A stretch of 64,000 bases of DNA, from assembly GCA_034226945.1 (NCBI GenBank), contig CP120454.1, positions 1,178,001 to 1,242,000 of the forward strand. Reading direction: 5' to 3'. The notes under the pieces are model-generated. The model was given only the letters and a program-made list of their open reading frames with translations. It was not told the origin of the DNA and made no database searches. Origin of the DNA: Picochlorum sp. SENEW3 (taxonomy: Eukaryota). The position numbers were made by a program, and so were the translations under genes. Positions 54,597 to 64,000 of the stretch are shown one piece after another. The number at the start of each line of letters is the position of its first letter. Position 1 is the first letter of the stretch.

Positions 54597-56015
54597 ATGT
54601 CTGAGAAATACGAATTGCCCCCAATTTTCGGAACGTCGGAGACTGAACGGTCTCTTCTTGACCCTAGTTTGTTCAGTGATAGGTTCAAGGACCTCGACCA
54701 GGGAGGAAAATGCCTCGCCGAATACGTATGGATTGGTGGAACAGGTATGTTTTAGTTTTACTCCATGCATTCGTATGCTGTGGGTGCTGCGCCCGCGGTG
54801 CCCCTGCAAGACCCTGTCCTTGTGGATCCACAAGTTCTGACCTTGTGCTGTACGTGCAGGAGCCGATTTCCGCTGCAAAACAAGGTATGTTATTCTTGAC
54901 ATTGGGTTCAAATATCCATGATGCGGTTTGCTGCGCGTCTAGGTCAAAAGTCGAGTCTTTTTGACCTCAGTACTAGGGCTCACTGCTAGGGCTAGGGTTT
55001 GTCCTTCTGACGAGTGCGCGTGATTGTCGTATGTAGGGTCTTGGCCAAAATGCCCTCATCCGTGGAGGAGCTTCCTACCTGGAATTACGATGGATCATCC
55101 ACTGGACAGGCTCCAGGAGATGATTCAGAAGTATATCTGAAACCTGCTGCCATGTACATGGATCCTTTCAGACCAGGACCAAACATTTTGGTGCTGTGTG
55201 ACTGTTATGAGCCCCCAAGGGTGAATGAGGATGGTTCCGTCTCTCCACCGGTGCCTATTCCAACCAATACTCGCTACCAGTGCAATGAATTCATGGAGCA
55301 AGCCAAGGATCAGGAGCCTTGGTTTGGTATTGAGCAGGAGTACACTGTGTTGAACTCCAAGACCAAATGGCCTCTTGGATGGCCAAACTGTGGGTTCCCA
55401 GGGCCACAAGGTCCATACTACTGTGCTGCAGGATCAGGAGCTGCTATTGGTCGGGATTTGGTTGAATCTCACCTGAAAGCATGCGTGTATGCCGGAATCA
55501 ACATTTCAGGTATCAACGCCGAAGTCATGCCTTCTCAATGGGAATACCAGGTTGGTCCATGCACAGGTATTGCTGCAGGAGATCAAATGATGATGTCCAG
55601 ATTTATTCTTCTTCGCTTGGCAGAATTGTACAATGTGGAGGTGACGCTTGATCCCAAACCAATTCCTGGAGACTGGAATGGTGCTGGTGGCCATGTCAAC
55701 TTTTCCAATAATGACACAAGGGCCCCAGAGGTTGGATGGGATAACATCCAGAAGCAGATTGAAAAGCTTGGAAAACGCCATGCTGTCCATATTGCTGCAT
55801 ATGGAGAAGGAAATGAGCGTCGTTTGACCGGAAAGCATGAGACATCATCCATGAATGACTTCTCCTGGGGAGTTGCCAACCGTGGCTGCTCCATCAGAGT
55901 GGGCAGAATGGTTCCAGTTGACAAGTGTGGGTACTACGAGGACAGACGCCCAGCATCCAACTTGGATCCATATGTTGTATGTGGATTGCTTGTTGAGTCA
56001 GCATTGCTCAAGTAA
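54597..56015 (+). CDS. GLN1: Glutamine synthetase type II, cytosolic (exons 54597-54744, 54860-54884, 55037-56015)
   Basis: [71 protein letters not shown]. The middle exon is 25 nt. Confidence 0.96.
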
Positions 56016-56272
56016 GCAACACATTGCTGAGAAATGTGTTGTTGTTTCCAGTGGATTACTTGATCAAAAGTGTGTATATGTATCTGGTCAGTGACCCAGA
56101 TTGATTGTGTGTGATTGCATCGTTGTTGTAGAGTTATTTTTTTCACCCCCTCTCGTATCACTACGTGAGGTTGTAACCAAGAACATTACAAGTGCTTACA
56201 CTATCAAAAACAATAGCCATGAGAGCAGGTGCACTTGTTCTTTTGCGCGAACATGAGTGACAGACGACGACA

Positions 56273-58909
<2,637 letters not shown>

Positions 58910-59257
58910 ATTGATAGTTATATACTTTTACTCTCTATATAATATTCTATTCTGGTATGTCGACGGGAGTACACACCTGCAGGTGTTTGAACGCACAAAG
59001 ACATGTCCTAATTCTATTTCTAGAAACATCCGTTTGAACAGAATTCTTCATCTGCTAGATATTGATTACACACGAATGTCTGGAAGAAGAAAGAAAGGCG
59101 AGAAAAAAGAAAAAAAGCATCACATAAAAAACAACAACCATGAGCTATCAAAAATCAATGTACTACTACAACCATGTCCATTAAAATAAAACTCGAGCCG
59201 AATACCAATGTGTCACTGATATATATCTTGCTGCTATACGACTCATCACATGCTGTT

Positions 59258-60205
59258 TTAGAATGAAGAGCTACTGCTGTTGCCTAATATTCGTTCCAAC
59301 TCTTCCTTGACTGAATTCAATGAAGTATTTGCCAATCTACTGTCCACAATGTTGCTCACATTATCCACGTGGTTATCAAATGCAGAATCCACAATCGCCT
59401 CTTCAACTCCATCCATAAAATGCATGGCAGTCTGGCTAATCATTGGTTCCTCCTCCAACACGCTAAACTCACCCCTCTGCAGGGCCAAGGCCCGCTCCCA
59501 GTCTGTCACAGACACATTCGACTCTGGAGGGATGAGCAACGAGCCTGACGGCTCTAATCTACACCGTGCATTATTCTCATCACACCATTCTGTAATGTCA
59601 ACCCATGATGTCGAGTACACGGCTGGGTGGTGACGCAGGCTTGCCTCCAACAATGTAGCAAACCGCTGTGCATCCACCTCTGTGGAAAACGCCACCACCG
59701 TGTCGACATTCACCACATCCCCCTCTTCATATTCTACAGTCCTAAGAGTATAAATTCCTTCCGTTTCTTCACTCCCCATGCCGAACAAGATGACAAAACA
59801 CTGCTTCTGAGATGACTCACGCTGCTGTGCAGCATGGGATGCATTGGACAAGTCCTGATGGAATGCAGCATTCTCCTTCATCTCTTCATCCGTCGTCGAC
59901 GCCGCATCTTCATCATCCACACTGTTTGTATTATTGTTCATGTTATTCATCATCATCATCATTTGCTGCTCAATCTGCACCAACTCTTGCTGAGTCTTGT
60001 GCAACATGCCTCCATCCACCTCACTCTCATCCCCTCCTTCTCTCATCGACGCCGCCAATCTCCCGTGACGACCCCGCACTGGCGTCGATAGACCATAATG
60101 CTGCTGAGGCATAGGAATCCCAACGCATACTCGACTACTGGGATTGACAACGCCTGCACCATTCCCAAGACAATGGTGATGCGGTACTCCCACTGCAAAC
60201 ACCAT
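59258..60205 (-). CDS. DUF3110-family plastid protein
   Basis: Transit-like N-terminus, then FVILF....EGIYTL, VVAF..E.DA.RFA.LLEA and LLIPPE.NV..TDWE. Confidence 0.75.
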   Translation of the reverse strand: MVFAVGVPHHHCLGNGAGVVNPSSRVCVGIPMPQQHYGLSTPVRGRHGRLAASMREGGDESEVDGGMLHKTQQELVQIEQQMMMMMNNMNNNTNSVDDEDAASTTDEEMKENAAFHQDLSNASHAAQQRESSQKQCFVILFGMGSEETEGIYTLRTVEYEEGDVVNVDTVVAFSTEVDAQRFATLLEASLRHHPAVYSTSWVDITEWCDENNARCRLEPSGSLLIPPESNVSVTDWERALALQRGEFSVLEEEPMISQTAMHFMDGVEEAIVDSAFDNHVDNVSNIVDSRLANTSLNSVKEELERILGNSSSSSF

Positions 60206-60749
60206 TCTGTTGCTTCTAATGTAAAATATCCTTCTATCAATGGATTAGATATACCGATTCGATCCCCTGGAGAAATGAAAAGAATACTACCACAAGAGAA
60301 TTTCCGTCGTCCACATCCACCGGTCCACACGTGACTCAACGGATACAATTCCGACACTCCAGATAGTCCTATAACATGTATAATAATTCAAATAGTTAGA
60401 ATTGTACCCCCAAATCCACCCAACAATGACTGTAGTAGGGGTCTGTGATTCTGGTCGGAGAATCGACGTCGCCGCGGCTCTTCTGTTCACCACGCATTCC
60501 CCAAGTATCTATACATCGCATTAACCCAACTTACCTAGTATAAAATCAATACGTAATATTATTAGTTTAGGTGGGCGGGTGTCCAAGGGCTTTGTTGGGA
60601 TTCCTGTGGACATTGGCAAAAGATAAGGCTGACTGGATCTGTCGAAATGTTTTAATACATCTATTTAGTGACAAGTCAGGTCCACACGCACGACGTGGAC
60701 TTGTTTCAATCCACACCGACGCTGTACTCGAATCTATTCAACAATTACA

Positions 60750-62129
60750 ATGTCTCCGTCAACAGTAGACTATCATCAACATCAATATGAATCATGGAAG
60801 CGATTGGTGCCGTATCTGTATGATTGGTTTGCAAATCATTCCCTTGTATGGCCTTCCTTGTCGTGTTGCTGGGGCCCACGCCCTGACAATATGATGGATA
60901 CGGTGCAAGAAAACAAGAATAAAAACCAGTCGGGTGGGCGGGTGATGCCGACGCATCGGGCAGGGTCCTGGTCTCATGCTGGTATGTTGCATGATTCTGG
61001 TGCTGTGTTGTATCTCTCAGAGCAGACGGATGGTAGCGTTATGAATACTCTGGTGATGGCGTACTTGGATATTCCTAAGAAAAGGAGTCAGTATGGGGGG
61101 CCTGTGGCGAATGGGGGTCCTGCGCAGCAGTTGCATGTGGCAAAGACTATTTTGCATCCTGGAGAGGTGAACAAGGTGGTGGATATTCCTCAGTATCCTG
61201 GGGTGGTGGTGACGCACTCGGATGCGCCAGAGGTGTATGTGTGGAATATGAATACGCAGCCTGATAGAGTGGCGTCACCAAAGGATATGAAGGCGTCTGT
61301 GGCGGATGTTGTGTTGGTGGGGCATGCAGAGAATGCGGAATTTGCGCTCGGGAGGAGTGATGTCAAACCTTTAGTGGCGAGTGGAGGAAAGGATAGGAAT
61401 GTGTTGGTGTGGAATATAGATAATGTACCCATGGGGGGACATGGGACGATGCTGTCGCCGGATACGGTGCTTGAGGGGCATGAGGATACTGTAGAGGATG
61501 TGACATTCAAGCCAGGGTCGTGCGTTGAGGTGGCATCCGTGGCGGATGACTCGGCATTGATTTTATGGGATACCAGGCAGATGAAATCCACGTTTATCGT
61601 TCGCGATGCGCATGGGAAGAATAAAGATGTCCACTGCTGTGATTGGAGTGCACTCACACCAACCAGATTGGTGACTGGAGCTCAGGATGGCAGTGTCCAT
61701 GTGTGGGATACAAGAAAATTGGAGTCGCCTGTGCTTGTATTGCAGCATCATACGCAAGCTGTTATGAATGTAGCATGGAGTCCTCATACCAAGGATGTGT
61801 TTGCCACTGGGTCTGATGATGGGTTGGTCTGTCTGTGGGATGTGTCTCGAGGGGGCTCTGGTCAGCAGAAGAATATTCCAGTGCCGGATGAATTGTTGCT
61901 GCAGCATGCAGGGCATCAGACGTCGGTGGTTGATTTCTGCTGGAATCCAGATGAGCCATGGACCATCATGTCGGCATCAGTGGATTCGTCGACAGGAAAG
62001 GGTGGTGGTACGCTACAGACGTGGAAAGTGTCGGATTTGGTGTACAAGTCAGAGGAGCAGCTCATGTCCGAATTAGAACCATATCGTGATTATATTGTTA
62101 GTGGCGATGAGTCTCAATTGCCAAAATGA
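60750..62129 (+). CDS. MSI4: MSI4/FVE-like (RBBP4 family) WD40 histone-binding protein
   Basis: WKRLVPYLYDWFANHSLVWPSLSC.WG, LYLSEQTDGSV.NTLV, ILHPGEVN, GHEDTVEDV, LLQHAGH, GGGTLQ.W. Confidence 0.9.
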   Translation: MSPSTVDYHQHQYESWKRLVPYLYDWFANHSLVWPSLSCCWGPRPDNMMDTVQENKNKNQSGGRVMPTHRAGSWSHAGMLHDSGAVLYLSEQTDGSVMNTLVMAYLDIPKKRSQYGGPVANGGPAQQLHVAKTILHPGEVNKVVDIPQYPGVVVTHSDAPEVYVWNMNTQPDRVASPKDMKASVADVVLVGHAENAEFALGRSDVKPLVASGGKDRNVLVWNIDNVPMGGHGTMLSPDTVLEGHEDTVEDVTFKPGSCVEVASVADDSALILWDTRQMKSTFIVRDAHGKNKDVHCCDWSALTPTRLVTGAQDGSVHVWDTRKLESPVLVLQHHTQAVMNVAWSPHTKDVFATGSDDGLVCLWDVSRGGSGQQKNIPVPDELLLQHAGHQTSVVDFCWNPDEPWTIMSASVDSSTGKGGGTLQTWKVSDLVYKSEEQLMSELEPYRDYIVSGDESQLPK

Positions 62130-63478
62130 ATAGATTATGTAAGAAAGGGATGCACTGTGTGAAGGCGAAACCCAGAGTTTCTTCTGGGGCGATGGAATGC
62201 CGCGGATTTCTGCAACTTAGACGAAGAAAATACATGTGTGATCGATCGACGATTGAGACGGCGAATATGCCACGCACTATTGCACGAGGGACCGACGGGT
62301 TGGTGGTGGTTGAGACAGAGGACCCACTGACGACCTGGATGGCGTTAAGTGTATGTACGGCTCTAACATTGCATATGGAGCGGCACTCACGGATAGGAGC
62401 GTTCTTGTCGAGTCCTCTACTAGCCATTTTACTGTCATTTGTTGCTTCTGGTGTGTTGCATGTGCTCCCTGTGGGTGCTAGTTCTGTGTACTCTGCTTTA
62501 TCTACATGGCTGCTGCCTCTGGGCGTGGCCATGTTTGTGTTGGAGGTTAATGTTTCAAAATTTTTTACCAAGGAAATGTCGACCATGCTGTTGGCATTTG
62601 TGCTTGGGGCGTTTGGAACGATTGTTGGGACGCTGGTGTCTTGTTTAGTTTTTCTAGAGCATCTAGGGATTGATGGTCCTCACGTTGCTTCGGCGCTATG
62701 TGCGAGTTATATTGGGGGCTCCGTAAACTTTGCGGCAGTCATAGGTGGCCTTGGTACAGTGCGGGCAGAAACGATTCCGACTGCAATGTCTGTTGACAAT
62801 CTGGTCATGTGCCTGTATATTGCTTGTTTGATGTTTCTCTCCTATTTTGTGTCTGAGGAGGAGGAGAAGCAACAGCAGACCACGAATGAACCCTGTGATA
62901 CTGCAGAAAATACGGCATCTTCATACAGCCTGGCAACAGCGATCGCGACAGGACTTGTATCCACACGCATTGCATTCACATGTGCAACATGGTTGGGAAA
63001 TCCTTCCCTTGGGCTTGCTCTCGTGTCCCTTGTGGCCTGCCTTGCCGCCCCATTATCTTCTTTTATTCGCTCTACATTGAACATTCAAACAACTAAGGAT
63101 ACTAGTGGAGTGTTTGGTGGCTCAACGAGCCTTGCGGGTGTCTTGATGACTCTATTCTTTTGTACTATTGGAGCTCAGGCTGGACAAATCCACATGGGCA
63201 AGGAATCACTGTTTCTTTTTGGTTTCATCACATTGCAATTAACTGTTCAACTGCTTATATCATTAGGACTTGGTAAGGTATGTGGTGTACCGCTAAGAAC
63301 AATGTTGATTGCGTGTAATGCCAACGTCGGCGGTGCAGCAACAGCTGTTGGCATGGCTGTGAGTAAGAAATGGAAAGACTTGTTCCAACCAGCTTTACTA
63401 GCGGCATCTTTTGGCTACGTCATAGCCAACGCGTGTGGATTTGCCATGTCAATATGTATTAAAAAGTATATTATTTAA
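62126..63478 (+). CDS. DUF819 (YjcL-like) multi-pass membrane protein; the true ATG may lie downstream
   Basis: ASYIGGSVNF.AV, DN, FF.TIGA, CNANVGGAATA.GMA..K.W..L..PA. About 10 TM helices. Confidence 0.85.
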   Translation: MNRLCKKGMHCVKAKPRVSSGAMECRGFLQLRRRKYMCDRSTIETANMPRTIARGTDGLVVVETEDPLTTWMALSVCTALTLHMERHSRIGAFLSSPLLAILLSFVASGVLHVLPVGASSVYSALSTWLLPLGVAMFVLEVNVSKFFTKEMSTMLLAFVLGAFGTIVGTLVSCLVFLEHLGIDGPHVASALCASYIGGSVNFAAVIGGLGTVRAETIPTAMSVDNLVMCLYIACLMFLSYFVSEEEEKQQQTTNEPCDTAENTASSYSLATAIATGLVSTRIAFTCATWLGNPSLGLALVSLVACLAAPLSSFIRSTLNIQTTKDTSGVFGGSTSLAGVLMTLFFCTIGAQAGQIHMGKESLFLFGFITLQLTVQLLISLGLGKVCGVPLRTMLIACNANVGGAATAVGMAVSKKWKDLFQPALLAASFGYVIANACGFAMSICIKKYII

Positions 63479-64000
63479 GACCATCCGAATATACGAGAAA
63501 CAACACTGCTTGTACTGGTTGGCTGCTTGAAACCCCTATGGTCCAATGAGGGTGGCTCAATGCCCATTAGCGCAGTATCAAGAATGATTGGGCGTACTGG
63601 AAGATATGGAATGGCGGGCGGAATTCGAGATATTTTCCCTGGACCGTGGCCATCTCCAGCAAATGATGTCCACGATTCGAGTTGATCAACCATGGTATCT
63701 GCATCCTTCCTTGATGATGAGGGTCTACCCTCCTGGAGAGACATGGATCCGACTGCATGGGATGCCGTCTGCGCCTGTTGCAGATCTATTCCTCGATACT
63801 CTGCGACGCACACCAATTGAAATGCTTTTGATTTAACCGATACATCGCCCATACGTTTCTTCGCAGCGTCATCAACATTCACACACTCTTCAATCTGGTT
63901 GACAGCAGTGGCACAGCGTTTTTGTGTTCTTTCAAACAGAGCATATGCTTCTGCAAACATTGAATCGCCCAGATATTTGTGCGCAATATAATAGCATCTA
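63475..64000 (-). CDS. SRP68: 3' end of signal recognition particle subunit SRP68 (partial)
   Basis: C-terminal pattern PP....P.RPI.LD.A...I..PSL..R...SR.FGW matches the SRP68 tail. The frame is open to the window edge. Confidence 0.75.
   Translation of the reverse strand, partial: RCYYIAHKYLGDSMFAEAYALFERTQKRCATAVNQIEECVNVDDAAKKRMGDVSVKSKAFQLVCVAEYRGIDLQQAQTASHAVGSMSLQEGRPSSSRKDADTMVDQLESWTSFAGDGHGPGKISRIPPAIPYLPVRPIILDTALMGIEPPSLDHRGFKQPTSTSSVVSRIFGWS

Noticed and set aside
54974..55000. CTAGGG x3 and TAGGGTTT (telomere-like / telo-box) in GS intron 2
   Set aside because: Too short and irregular to call interstitial telomere. A single telo-box could be chance.
16679..56015. Nitrogen-metabolism cluster (uricase, formiminotransferase, GS, deaminase, GNAT)
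   Set aside because: The genes are spread over about 40 kb among unrelated genes and belong to different pathways.

Overview
Gene-dense eukaryotic nuclear DNA containing about 40 protein-coding genes, short GT-AG introns (mostly about 40-210 nt), very short intergenic gaps and TGTAA poly(A)-type signals after many stop codons. These traits, plus plastid transit peptides and plant-type gene families, point to a compact-genome green alga (Trebouxiophyceae, Picochlorum-like; this is inference). Most genes are recognisable housekeeping genes: QTRT1, plastid ACP, TSO1/LIN54-like, RNASEH2C, GST-Xi, uricase, SAR1, IMPACT, cystathionine beta-lyase, P2B Ca-ATPase, RINT1, golgin, ALMT, SUV3, REV1, formiminotransferase, CBL, GS, CDC48, MSI-type WD40, DUF819, DUF3110 and SRP68. 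The most unusual observations are: (1) a tandem pair of secreted PAN/Apple + cytochrome b5 fusion genes that diverge almost only in the heme pocket, with a co-duplicated cystathionine beta-lyase fragment; (2) a full-length malic enzyme lacking essentially every catalytic residue; (3) a CIPK with its whole NAF + C-terminal module duplicated, with a CBL in the same window; (4) an intron-containing CAE/PCxxC deaminase resembling algal-virus proteins; (5) a bacterial-type LRR-kinase; (6) a candidate bicistronic GNAT-RNASEH2C locus; (7) a three-gene trypsin array and several orphan Cys-rich secreted proteins. No rRNA, tRNA, CRISPR array or transposase was recognised. All family calls are by-eye motif recognition, and intron models are predictions.
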